Shown here piece by piece: positions 1 to 13,996 of a stretch of 64,000 bases of DNA. The notes beneath the pieces were generated by a model, which did not search any database, was not told where the DNA came from, and saw only the letters and a list, made by a program, of their open reading frames with translations. The position numbers were made by a program, and so were the translations under genes. Origin of the DNA: Octopus sinensis (Eukaryota); assembly GCF_006345805.1 (NCBI RefSeq), contig NC_042999.1:135532001-135596000 (forward strand), in the 5' to 3' direction. How positions within the stretch are numbered: the first letter of the stretch is position 1; every line of letters starts with the position of its first letter.

Positions 1-721
1 TTGCCACATGAAGCTGTATTTAGATGGAGAAATCATGAAACATACTATTGCCATAACAGGCTATTCTTCACTAAAGAATGATATTGTTCAAGCATTCAAC
101 AAATAGCTAAGAAAATACAGGTCAGCAATGACAGTACCTCGACAAGTTGAATGCATACCTAGTGATCTATATGACCAGCTTCTCAGTAAATCGAGAGATT
201 GTGTTTACTACTCTGTCGTCCTTGACAGTACAAAAAACATTACCGATACAGAGCAATTAGCTCTGTTCATCAAGAGAATCATGCCAGACTTCCAGATTTA
301 CGAAGAATTTCTCACGCTCCATTCATGGCTCAAAAAAAGGACAGATATATTCCGTGAATTTCGTACAAGCCTTCAACAAACACATTTGGATCCATCAAAG
401 CTGTACAGATGGAGGTTCTTCTATGCTTGGACAGAAACTAGGTCTTCAAGGATGCATTGCCAGATGGCGAGGAGAGGACAACTTTACTTCTGTGAGATGG
501 CACCATTGCATTATACATTAGGAAAATATCATTGTTAAGTCGATGAAAATGGCCATAGGTTGAACTATGTAAATGTTGGGAAAAAACATTTGTTTCTTGC
601 AATACATACCAATTCAAACATCTAAGGCAAAATGTTTTCAGGGCCCTTAAAACGTTGTAGATCCCGAATGGACTCCGCTCCTTTAAAAAAATATGACATG
701 GACCCTGGTTGAAAACCACTG
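1..721 (+). mobile_element. Degenerate hAT transposase fragment (GTF2IRD2/SPIN-like) followed by a hAT-type terminal repeat
   Basis: ORF 128-538 reads YSVVLDSTKNITDTEQLALFIK..EEFLTLHS, matching the hAT motif SLALDESTDxxDTAQLAIFIR. GTTGAAAACCACTG ending at 721 is a Charlie-type TIR in reverse. Confidence 0.75.
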
Positions 722-857
722 ATTTAGTCTGCTTCGTCACCGTGTCAGTTCGTAGTAGCAATTAATAATTGTCACTGTAGCAATAATAGTTATCAACAAG
801 ATTTATATACACCACTTAACAATGTCAAGGAGGTGACCCTAGGAGGGATGGCCATTA

Positions 858-869
858 TTATTATTGTTG

Positions 870-908
<39 letters not shown>

Positions 909-913
909 GTATT

Positions 914-949
<36 letters not shown>

Positions 950-1097
950 ATTTAGCACAATGTTCTCCCTAGTGCAACCATTTCTGACTGTTTCAGTTCC
1001 TTACCAATTATACAGATTCTTATCTGCAATAGCCACCCAATACTACTACTACTACTGCTGCTGCTACTGTTGCTACTACTGCTACTGCTGCTGCTAG
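858..1097. repeat. Compound trinucleotide microsatellite (ATT/GTT, then TAC/TGC)
   Basis: Directly visible; explains the poly-L ORF. Confidence 0.95.
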
Positions 1098-1825
1098 ACA
1101 GCTACTGCTTTCACCGCCACTGAATTCAACTGACCTGCTATATGATCACTAAATTTGCTAGAAATTACGTTCTATTGTGTCTTAAGAAAAATAACAATTT
1201 TGATCATCTAATCCCAGGTTCTTTGCACATAAGAAAAAGATGGGATCGTCACAGCGGAAGCAATAGTTCAACCTGAACAAATTAATGTGCGAAAAACAAA
1301 ATAGGAATCTTGAAAGAAGTTTCAAAAAGACTAGTTTTTGAACATCGAATGGTTATGGGAATCCACCAGAATAAAATAGGATCCCTGACTTAAATATTTT
1401 ATGTTCTCTTCCATTTTCTTTTTTATCTCTCTTCCACTCCTAATACTGATTCTTATTGCTCCTCTTGCCCCCCACCACCCATGCCTGCACAATTCCTTCA
1501 ATGTTCTGGTTTGTTATAACCAGAAATGACTCTGACGAAAGTAGCATTAAGTTTTTAGATCGTTCACTTTTTCTCAAACGATCAAAGTGTCGACTGTTAA
1601 GCCTAAATAACGAACCTATAATGACTACCGAAACAGCTGTAAGTCAAATTTACTACAATAAAGAAAGATATGCGATGACCATTATTTGTGACTTGTCTTG
1701 TATATCACTTAGTGTAAAAATCAGTATAACTGGAGCACAACTATAGATTTACAATATAGAATGGTGACGGGCCTTGCCTCAAGAATACGCGGAGTTCTTC
1801 ACTAATATGAACAATATTGTTAACC

Positions 1826-1884
1826 TGGTGTATTAACAGAGAGCTTATTTTGCCCGGATTTATAATCCCACACTAATAACTCTG

Positions 1885-1968
<84 letters not shown>
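1826..1968. repeat. (TG)n microsatellite
   Basis: Directly visible. Confidence 0.98.
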
Positions 1969-1971
<3 letters not shown>

Positions 1972-3189
1972 GATTTGCTTACGTTCCGATCGATTCAGCA
2001 TAAGTAGAATAAGTACCAGGCTTTAAGAAAATAAGTACTGAGGTTGATTCGTTTAACTAAAGCTCTTAGATCTAGTTAAACCGATTCACAAAATATGCAC
2101 ATTTTAAAAGGAAGCAAAAAAAAATCTAAAAATCGGCTATGATGATGTAGTTTTCCAGTGTTATTGCTATGAAGGTATGATTTCGTGGCGAAAAAACTTG
2201 GAGGAAAAAGTTAGAGGTTTAAAAATCGAAAAAAAAAACTGTATTTTTTTAGCCAATAGCGAGGCAGGAATTTTCTGCGTTTAGCGGAGCTCTGACGACT
2301 TTAAGGTTGTACCCTGACATTTATAGTTTTAGAGTCTGTGAAATGACCTGTTCATTGTAGGTTTCTAAATATACAGAAATACCTAATAAAATCAACATGT
2401 ATCATCTTACTGTTTCTTTTGCCTTTTCATTGATTGTATGGTTTTATTACATTTTAAAATTTGTTATATTAACATATTTGTTTGCACATGTTTACTTTAT
2501 GCGTATTTCAGTTTTATGTATACCTGTCATGCATTTGTGTACATCATTAATATATAGGTGCATGTGTGTGTGTGTGTGTCTCCCTAACTCCTAAGTTGAG
2601 TAGCGTTTTCATGCTTGGATTTGTAAACTACGATAAGAATAACACTGGTCAGCAAAGAATTTGTCCCAGAAATATATGAAATGAAAAATATGTAAAAATA
2701 CTAACACAAAAAAAAGCACAGAAAAATACTGACACACAGAAGCACAGAAAAATATGTAATATACTAACACACAGAAAAATTAAAACAAAACATGTGGCTG
2801 AAAAGAATCTCAAGGTGTGAAGAATCAACACAGAGCGAAATTGCGGCACGCTGTCTGTTGATTGGCTAAAATTACGCAAATTTCCCAATTTTAATTCCAA
2901 ATAACATCAGATTCTTTAATTTACGAGATAAAGTAATTGGTTGATCTTAATCAAAATTCAGTTGCACCGATACATCAAAATTGAAAGCTATCTGAGAAAA
3001 ATTAAAGGGGGCTCATTTTGTGAATGAAACTAACTAGATCCAAACTCTTCAAGGCTGTGCCCCAACATGACCGCAGTCTAATGACTGAAACAAGTAAAAG
3101 AAAGATAAATAGAGATATATTTAGATAGAGATAGAATATAGATATTTTGAAGGATTCGAGGTCAGAAATTTTCATTGCATAATTCAGAG

Positions 3190-3542
3190 AGGAAGGTAAA
3201 ACAGTGCCGTCATATTCATCGTCATTGTCATAGTCGACGTCGTCTTCGTCAGCGTCGTCAGCAGCGCTGTCGTTAGCGTCGTCGTCGATGTCGTCTGTGT
3301 CAATGGTGTTGTCGTCGTCAGCATCATTGCTGTCGTCGTTGTCGACAGAGTCCTCTTCATCATTCTCATTAATTTGCACATCATCAACATTTCTAGATAC
3401 AATTATGATTATATAATTGATGATGATGATGATGATCATCATCATCATCATCATCAGTAGCAGCAGCAGCAGCAACAGCAATACGGCCATCACCACTACC
3501 ACCCCCCTCCTCCTCCTCCTCCTCCTCCTCATCATCATCATC

Positions 3543-3618
<76 letters not shown>

Positions 3619-3796
3619 ACATCATCGTCGTCGTCGTCGTCATCGTCGTCGTCAACATCGCCTTAATCGTCGCCGATGTTGTTTGTGATGATGACTGTAA
3701 TCGCAGTCATCGTCACCGTCGCTGTCGTCGTCATCATCATCATCGTCGATGTCATCATTATCATCATCATCATCACCATCGTCGTCGTCGTCGTTG

Positions 3797-3827
<31 letters not shown>

Positions 3828-4213
3828 GATTATCCTCATCATCATCATCGGCATCTGTAGTGATATTTTGTCATCGCCATCTTCTTCGCCGTTTTCTACT
3901 TTTTCAACATCATCAAAATTAAATTATATAATTGTGCTATTAAGTATCATTATCATTATTCTCAGCATCATTATCGTCGTTTTCGTCGTCGTCATCATGA
4001 TCACAATCATCATCACAACACCACCAACCATATACTACCACCGCCACCACCACTACCACAAACATCATCATCATCAATATTATCATCATCATCGTCATCA
4101 CCACTATCCCTTTCTTCTCCAATCTTCATCGTCATTAATATCATCATTATCGCCACCACTAATCACCACCACCTTAGTCGTCGTCGTCGTCATCATCAAC
4201 ATTATCAGCAGCG

Positions 4214-4244
<31 letters not shown>

Positions 4245-4280
4245 CAATAATATCACACCGCGACCACCATCATCATCATT
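3190..4280. repeat. About 1.1-kb compound trinucleotide tract (CGT/CAT/CAG/CCT/CAC)
   Basis: Directly visible; produces the poly-M/I/H/D ORFs. Confidence 0.95.
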
Positions 4281-4648
4281 TTTTAAATTATACATTTTTC
4301 CTTGTCATTCTTGAATCAAATCTGTGGTTCCTATGCATTTCCGGACAGCCCAGAACGATTAATTTATTTTCTGAGCCTTCACCCACATTCACCCACAAGA
4401 TTCTTTATGTATTTCGAAGCTATGTAACAGACTTATAATTCTACGCCAGATGTTTAAATCAATATATAAATGTGGAAATTAACCTTCCTACGCAATTTCT
4501 TCGAAATGTAAATAATCATGAGTTGGCTTCGAATCATATATTTACTGTTATGTACCAATGTTGGGCCGCCTTAACAGTGTTATAAGCCTCTGGACAACTC
4601 AATACACTGGGCTCGATTTATACATACATAAGAACTGTCCCCCTAGAC

Positions 4649-5393
4649 CAGTGTTTCTCAACCTTTTTACCCTTGCGTAACCCTTAAAATAAATTACATG
4701 TCTCAAGGAACCTCTGCACAAAAAAAAAATTATAAAAGACTAGCACTCTGACCCGGCATCGCCGGGTCATACTGCTAGTGCATGTATATACAGCTGCGTG
4801 CGTGTGCACATACATGCGAGTACTGTCCAAATCTCCGACCAATCACATACAGCTAGCTGGCATTCAATTGACGTATCAAGTTTCGGGCATTTTGATTGAG
4901 TTTTGGATAGAAAATTCAGAAAAAAAGTCACTTCTATTGATTTTTTAATGGCTTTGCGGGGGGATTGGGGAAATGTGAAGATGTGCACGACCACCATTGG
5001 ACGGTTTTGAATGACCATAGAAAGTGCGAGCCCTCTAACTGAAAAATTGTGTATTTGTATAAAGGATACACACGCAGACATTTTGCCGTTTATATATAGA
5101 GAGATATCTTTGTCATATTTTTTTCATCGTAGTTCACGTGGTAAATATTATATATATATATAGGGTGTCCATAAATTACTGATATCACTAAATATATCCC
5201 CAATGGTTGTTATATTTTTTCGATAACATAATAGGTTAGATAGGATGATGTCTATAATACAATATTGTTGTGCATATGTAGGAATATTACGATCATGAAA
5301 TTAGCATAAGCTTATCTTACTCTTTCTCGCGGAACCCCTAGGAATATTTTACGGAATCCTAGGGTTACGGGGAAACCCAGTTGAGAAATGCTG
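4649..5393. mobile_element. hAT (Charlie-type) MITE
   Basis: TIRs CAGTGTTTCTCAAC and GTTGAGAAATGCTG; flanks CCCTAGAC/CAGAAGAC match at 5 of 8 positions. Confidence 0.75.
4740..5104 (-). mobile_element. Non-autonomous Helitron
   Basis: Minus strand begins TCTCTCTATATATAAACGGCAA, ends with a GC hairpin then TGCTAG, sits between host A and T, no TSD. Confidence 0.8.
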
Positions 5394-5560
5394 CAGAAGA
5401 CACATGAGGTCCTTTGGCAAACTGTTCAGTGTGCCCATGCCTTCCGACAGCACTGCTTATCAGGGAGAATACCAACCTGTCGGTGAGTCAAGCCTTCTTG
5501 GTATCTCTACTCTATTTGACGCCTAGGTGTTGGTCGTTAGCATACTTTTAGCAACGAGCC

Positions 5561-5615
<55 letters not shown>

Positions 5616-5617
<2 letters not shown>

Positions 5618-6026
5618 ATAAAACGCTTATGTTTCACCAAAGTAAATGGATCTCAATCACCGTCAATCTCCGCGATGAGTATTCCGTTGTTTCATAATTA
5701 TTTTCTTACTGGATTAGCATGTATGTAGTTGAGGATACCGCATACACATACGTGTACTCATAACATTATTCTCAGGCAGAAATAAAGTGTGTCACGGTTT
5801 TTTACAAGACTGAACTTTTGATTTACAGATATAATCCATCCGATGGAGGCAAATCTTTCCCGTCTGTCCAATTTCACTTACAGGGCTATAATAAATTACA
5901 TTTGTCCAAGAAACCACGCACTAGGATCGAACTTGAGATCACATCACTTAGAAGCTGACTTTTTAACCATTCGACCAGTTGCCTTCACATGCACCTATTT
6001 AAATAGAGATGCACACACACACACAC

Positions 6027-6071
<45 letters not shown>

Positions 6072-6465
6072 ATAAAACGCTTATGTTTCACCAAAGTAAA
6101 TGGATCTCAATCACCGTCAATCTCCGCGATGAGTATTCCGTTGTTTCATAATTATTTTCTTACTGGATTAGCATGTATGTAGTTGAGGATACCGCATACA
6201 CATACGTGTACTCATAACATTATTCTCAGGCAGAAATAAAGTGTGTCACGGTTTTTTACAAGACTGAACTTTTGATTTACAGATATAATCCATCCGATGG
6301 AGGCAAATCTTTCCCGTCTGTCCAATTTCACTTACAGGGCTATAATAAATTACATTTGTCCAAGAAACCACGCACTAGGATCGAACTTGAGATCACATCA
6401 CTTAGAAGCTGACTTTTTAACCATTCGACCAGTTGCCTTCACATGCACCTATTTAAATAGAGATG
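5616..6465 (+). repeat. Tandem duplication of a 396-bp segment (454-bp period) separated and flanked by (CA)n
   Basis: 5616-6011 and 6070-6465 appear identical; ORFs 5843 and 6297 share their N-terminal sequence and are offset by 454. Confidence 0.95.
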
Positions 6466-7085
6466 CACACACACACACACACACACACACATTAGCTTAT
6501 TCGTATAATTTATTTACAAAATAAATTGGTGAGTTCCAAAAACGCAAATAAAAGCATGTTTACTTTTATATTCCAAGTTGTTTACAGTAATTGTATTGCT
6601 ACAATTTGTTCATGATATAGTCATAATATACATATTTCAAAAACTTCGTTGCATTGAATAGTCAAGAGACTCGTGTGGAGAGTATTTAGCGGTATGCTCA
6701 TTGTACCAAGTAATTATAAATATTTATGCGGTTTTAAAATATTAGTTCTATGGTTATTGCAAATGAAAAATGAGAATAATTCCTAGTTTTGAAGCTGGAA
6801 TCATTAGATCTTATAAGCGTCAACAAGCTAATTGTATTGTTGATGTTGTTTAGCCTTATGTAAGCCCAAATCAACCAGACCTTTCATCAGAGGCGTTTCA
6901 GATCTGACTATCCTATCTTTTATCGTCTGTTACTCAGTTATGGTGCATCTATGACTACATTAATCAAATATGTCGTTCTCTCTTTTAAATGCTAGAGTTT
7001 GATTTGAGAACTTTTTTGGTTATCATTTTTACTAAGTCGAGTTACTACGTAGAGGCTCTTTCGTCATCCTGAATATACTACGGAA

Positions 7086-7481
<396 letters not shown>

Positions 7482-7819
7482 TATTATGTGGTAAGACTTT
7501 AACAAGTAGAATAGCACTCGGTCAACTAAGAGCGTAGAGATGATATAATAAAAACACAATTCTTACTGAATACTGCTACCCAGGACTTCCTGGTCGAAAC
7601 ATTATTTCGCCGTTTTTTCAAGCTGAGAACAAGATTGTTTGTCAGTTTCTTTTTTAAACAGATGACAGTTAAACAAGAGATGCTAATAAGGAAGAACACA
7701 AAAAGGAAAGTCTCCTCGGCAAAGTGCAGCTGTTTCCCAACAAGCTGAAGTATTAACGAATGAATTGCTTGGTATACGTACTAAATGATACAATAGTTGG
7801 CACAGTAAAAAAAGAAATA

Positions 7820-8167
7820 CAGTGATACCTTGTAGTACGAGTTTAATCCGTTCCTTGACCGAGCTCGTCTTACGATTAACTCGTTTTACAAAACAATTCT
7901 CCCCATTGAAATTAATTAAAATTCCAGCCTCCCCCAAACCACCCAAAACTAATCTTTTATGGGTTTTAAAACAAAGGTGTGGTTACAAATAAAATGACAA
8001 AAAAGAGGATGCAAATGAAATATGTAAACTGGTTTTATTAACTGAATTACCTTAATGATGGGGCGATTTGTGTGCTCGTACTGCGGATTTCCACTCGTAC
8101 TTCAAAGCAAAAAGTCGCACGAGTCTCGGCTCGTACCATAATGTACTCGTACTGCGAGGTTTTACTG
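7820..8167. mobile_element. pogo/Tigger-like MITE
   Basis: About 23-bp TIRs (CAGTGATACCTTGTAGTACGAGT vs CAGTAAAACCTCGCAGTACGAGT) with TA on both sides. Confidence 0.85.
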
Positions 8168-8259
8168 TACTAATAACTAACTTCGGCACGATACGTAAAG
8201 TTTGCGTTTCAATGAAACCCCAATTAAACCGAAATACTTCTAGATATATTCTTGGTATA

Positions 8260-8682
8260 TACTCTTTACTCTTTACTCTTTTACTTGTTTCAGTCAGTTG
8301 ACTGCGGCCATGCTGGAGCACCGCCTTTAGTCGAGCAAATTGACCCCGGGACTTATTCTTTTTGTAAGCCCAGTACTTATTCTATCGGTCTCTTTTGCCG
8401 AACCGCTAAGTGACGGGGACGTAAACACACCAGCATCGGTTGTCAAGCAATGCTAGGGGGACAAACACACACACACAAACACACACACATACATATATAT
8501 ATATACATACATATATACGACAGGCTTCTTTCAGTTTCCGTCTACCAAATCCACTCACAAGGCATTGGTCGGCCCGGGGCTAGAGCAGAAGACACTTGCC
8601 CAAGATGCCACGCATTGGGACTGAACCCGGAACCATGTGGCTGCTTAGCAAGATACTTACCACACAGCCACTCCTGCGCCTA
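8260..8682 (-). mobile_element. tRNA-derived SINE, family A (octopus-type, central microsatellite)
   Basis: Reverse complement of the copy at 22148-22651: head GGCGCAGGAGTGGCTGTGTGGTAAG, tail ending GACTGAAACAAGTAAAAGAG. Confidence 0.9.
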
Positions 8683-8915
8683 TGAAAATAATATGCCAAT
8701 GAAAATAATATTAATTACCAACTAATATTTTTCTTTTCCCCTATAATTTATATTTTAAGTGTTTTCATTATTAAATCAACTCTTATATTATTGCATAGGA
8801 GATATGTCAGTTTTAAAACGTATACCCGGCTTATACCCGAAGTCATCTTATTTGTTCAAAGCTATTATATCTCGGGATAGGGGACCAACGAAGTAGTTCT
8901 AATTTCTTTCTTCAG

Positions 8916-9022
8916 GCGGGCATAAATGTTTTAAGGAAGAGAGAATGGATGTTGAAAACTTGAACAGCAGTAGCAATTTGTGTAAAACATTGCAGTCACA
9001 TAAATGGGAATCAAAGCTGTAA
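8916..9022 (+). CDS. Possible terminal coding exon of an unidentified host gene, ending ...HKWESKL*
   Basis: Strong acceptor TTCTAATTTCTTTCTTCAG, then a 34-codon open frame ending SKL-stop in non-repetitive sequence. No homolog recognised. Confidence 0.2.
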
Positions 9023-10425
9023 CTAGATTCAGTTCTCACTTAACTTATCTTATCCACGATTTTCATTCATATGGACAGTTATATAATCGTCATAACATAA
9101 TTACGCAGCAACTAGAACAATATGATTCAAGCACTTCATTTCCGTATCAAACGTTAAAGGAGTTACCACATCGTTATGATAATAACTTGACTGCTGGTTT
9201 CTGTAATTCAGGTTAGTGACGTCATAACGCGGGTTGTGTATCTTGTGATGATGAATCTATCACCCATATCAGTAAAGAATGAATATAAATATTTTTTAAA
9301 AAAAGCAAAATAACTGTTTAGTGGCAATATGATGAGACCTTCGCTGTCGTTGTTGTTGTTAGGTTATACTAGTGGGTGTAAATAATGTTGTAACGTAAGA
9401 ACATATCAATGAAAAGTTTAAACTTAACTGACAGAACTTAGGGTGTGCCTTCTCCACCAGCTTTTGTGAATGTAACCATGAGTGATGAAAATTGTTACAA
9501 ACGGAATCATTCCCCATCGCCTCGAGAAAGACTGATCAAAGTATATGAAACATTTTAAGTAGTTTCTAACTAGGGCAATTTATTTACAATTAAAAAGAAA
9601 TTAATTTCAGCAATATTTATTTTTCCTTACGAAAACAACTCCCACGGTTTTTGTCATACGAAGATTGATAGATCATTTCTAATCTAGAATTTCTGTGATA
9701 TAGTAGGACAACATGCTAGCTGGGAAAATAAAAGTTGGTATGAACCCTCGAAGTGATTTTAATATAAAGTAGCACTAGAATTAGTATTTCGAACAGAGAG
9801 AATTAAAAAGTATTGAAACATTGAATTTGTTTTAACTATCTTTTATCTTTTACATGTTTCAGTCATTAGACTGCAGCCTTGTTGGAGCACCGTCTTGAAG
9901 AATTTTTGGAAGAACTGATGCTAACAAATCATATCTCTCCTTAACAAAAGGTAAGTGTAAGTTAATGTCTCGGAATAAACGACATCACGTGAACCCGCTC
10001 TGTCTACAAAGTTCACTGTCCTACACAAGGACAGGATATAATTCTAGAAATTGAAGATCAAATAAATTCTTGAATTATATTAAAGTAGCAATCTATGTAA
10101 CATAATAAATGCAGATACATCACAGTAAAATCTAATTTACTGCGGTATTTGTTCTGAGTTAATACCGCTCATAGACGAACGGTATTAGCATGAAACTATA
10201 TTAGTAGCAGGCAAAAACCGTCCAGCAGTGGTGGTGATTATTGCTAGATACGCGTCTCTTTAGGTTTTATCAGAAGCAAGTACCCACTGCATGTTAAGAC
10301 AAAATCCACCGTCACTTATATAGGAAAACAATGATTGAAAAATCGCTGATGTTGCAATTAGCTGACCGGCTGAATAAAAATTCGTTATCTGCAACAGAAG
10401 CAGTACACTACACACACACACACAC

Positions 10426-10486
<61 letters not shown>

Positions 10487-10589
10487 GCACGCACACGCAC
10501 ACACACACACACACACACACATATACTATATTTACATATACTATATGTACGTATACTTATATACTAGCGCTAATGTGGTGTCTTAAAGA

Positions 10590-11330
<741 letters not shown>

Positions 11331-12399
11331 CTCGACATTTCTTGTATAAAATAAAATTCAAACATACATAATATATATGCATTTATATACATATACATAT
11401 ATATAATTTCTCTTTCTATATACATATATATGTGGGGGAGGAGTGTGTTGTGTGTGTGTGTGTATAAACATACAGGCTGCTTATCAGTTATTATATAACC
11501 ACATAAAATAAAGTACCAGTCAAGTACTGGAGTTGATGTAATCAACTTTTCACGCCCCCACCGCCATCACCGCCATCAAAATTCCTGGCTTTGTGCCAAA
11601 ATTAGAAACAATTATATAACTGTATAATTTGTGACAAGTTGATTATAATTAATTGTATGAGGAGTCCTAATTGTAATTGATATTTTGTATGATAGGTTAC
11701 GTAATTTTCTTGAGTATTGATAACCAAATTTACTTTAAAGCAAAGTTAGAAATATTGTCTTAATGCAATTTAATTTCAATCATCTCTCTAACTCTATGAA
11801 ATTTTTGGACAGTTCTCAGCCATATTATATATCACAGAGAATAATAACTTATTTGTTCTATATGAAATTTTAAATTCAGTTGAATATAAACGGTAAAAAT
11901 CGATAATTATGTTTTGATAACTATAAAGATACTTCTAAGAATGTTTGTAAAAAGGGGCGGAAGAATATTTATAAGAATGCGAGATTTTATGATATAGTCG
12001 GAGGTAACTTTGAGACGGGTGAGAGTGATGTCCAGCTTGAACATTTGTGGGCTAATGTATGTAGTGGAGTAAAAGCTCAAAGGGGAGGAGAAAATTCCAG
12101 AAGGATTGAGGTGAAATTATTGGGGAAAAGTGTTTAGCGCAGTGTCTGAAAAGCGAGATGCATGAAGAGAGAAGGGAGGATAGTCAGATGGGATGAGTCA
12201 GTGGAAATGGATGCAGCAAACTAGTAAAGATAAAAACAGGATGACTTTTATGTTAAATTATGTTACACATTGTAGGTAGCCCTCGACAGACTACAATGAC
12301 TGTCGAAATAAAATGTTGATAGTTGTAGTATTAGAAGTCAGTCGTTCGCCTCAATTGTACTCTAGCCTTAGATTTTGTAGTCCATCTGCTGATATCGAT

Positions 12400-13260
12400 A
12401 TCCAGTCTTCCCATGTTACATTTAGCTACATCATTGTACCTCAGTCGGAGTCTATCTTGATTTATAGTACCATTAGACAACTGTAAACGGAGTAATTATC
12501 TTGGCAACTGAGTTTCTTTAATTCTTTGATCAGAAGAGATTTCGTTGCATCAATACCGCTTCGAAGTTAGGGACTTGGCTTTTTCCCTTGGATGGTGTAT
12601 CTGATCTTGTCTTTCATGTGATACTCATGAGCTGTTTCGATTGTCTCCTCGTGAACCCATGCAGTTTATTTTAACTGTGTGAGATATACCGCTCATACTT
12701 TCGTTCATGTAATATTGTGTATAATGATATTGTTCAGTTAACTTTGCATCTCACTTAAGCTGACGTGTAATGTTGTTCCACAGTTGTTCTCTCAAGTTTC
12801 CGAATGCTGAGAAGGATTTGCTCATCTTGTTATCTAGTTTCTCTCTCAGGCTACCGATATTACTGATTGAACTGTCCAAATAGATAAAATGGACAACTTC
12901 TACCAGCACCAACCCTTCAGGTTCAGATTGTGCAACATGGCTTGAATTGGAATCTGGCTGATAAAAAATTTCAGTCTTCCGGATATTAATTTTCAAACTG
13001 AACTTTATGGTTACACCGTCAAGAATATTCATCAAAGTTTTGCACATCCTGTGGACCATAGGAAACGAGGGCACAACAATCATCGGCAAACATGTCTCTC
13101 ACTAATATGTGCAGTCTTATCTTTAGTTTATAGACGCGACATTGAAAGGGATAAGAAGATAAGCATCAGGATTTGTCTGTATGTATACATTTTCGACTGA
13201 GCTGTGGAATGTCTCTTCGAGCAACGTAGAGAAAGGAAGTACGAATAACGATGACATTCG
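12400..13260 (-). mobile_element. RTE-clade (BovB-like) LINE RT fragment, degenerate
   Basis: ORF 12751-13089: LKINIRKTEIFYQP..VVHFIYLDSSIS..KMSKSFSAFGNLREQLW. Confidence 0.8.
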
Positions 13261-13851
13261 TGCGCAGCCTCGTTTGATTAAGCAGATTTGAAGTTTATCT
13301 GTGTGGTTTGAGGCTTCATAGTAGTATGTAGCATTGGAGGATGTCGAAGTGAAAAAAATGCAACCAATTTGAACTCACGATCTATGAGCCAGTAATCTAA
13401 TACTTTTTCACTGGGCGTTCCACGTTTCTTCAGTGAACAGTAAGGATGTGATTTTAAACGTGGATACAAATGAATATCGCAATGTGTGTAGTAAGTTCTG
13501 GTGAGCCAAAACACAACCTGGTTTCAATTTCCATTTGAAATTCTTTGATTTCTCTTACGTTACAAATGGTTACTTAATCAGTCATCACAAAATATTAAGA
13601 TAAAAAAATGCAGTATTATTATACATAGACATTCAAACAACGTAAGGATGTAGTTTCTATTTCTTACTTTTGATGCTTGACGCACAAACCACATCATAAG
13701 ATGATACGTTGTTCATTTAGCATATCACAGCTTATCAAAAAATACTAGACATCTTATACGTCAAACATTGATGAAAACTACACAGCTTATCATACACTAA
13801 ACAATAAATACAATACAACTTATACGCCAATATAGATAAATACCATAAAGC

Positions 13852-13996
13852 CAGGGCCGTCTTAACAGTATTATAGGCCTCTGAGCAAATTAGTATACTG
13901 GACTCTATTGTATTTATTTATCTATTGACAATAAGCCACAACGTACATAGATAAGAACAGGGTCTGTCCAGTATGTCCATGTTTCAGATGGCGCTG
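13852..13996. mobile_element. 145-bp hAT-type MITE
   Basis: Ends CAGGGCCGTCT and AGATGGCGCTG; 8-bp flanks CATAAAGC/CATACAAC match at 6 of 8 positions. Confidence 0.65.

Larger units (their letters stand above)
4561..5455. mobile_element. Short MITE (same family as 13852-13996) split by nested insertions
   Basis: Left part GGGCCGCCTTAACAGTGTTATAAGCCTCTG and right part GTTCAGTGTGCCCATGCCTTCCGACAGCACTG match the two ends of the uninterrupted copy at 13852-13996. Confidence 0.65.

Noticed and set aside
1521-1638. Candidate internal exon (AG..GTAAGT) within ORF 1456-1746
   Set aside because: Peptide not recognised, splice sites only moderate, and phase incompatible with the 8916 candidate.
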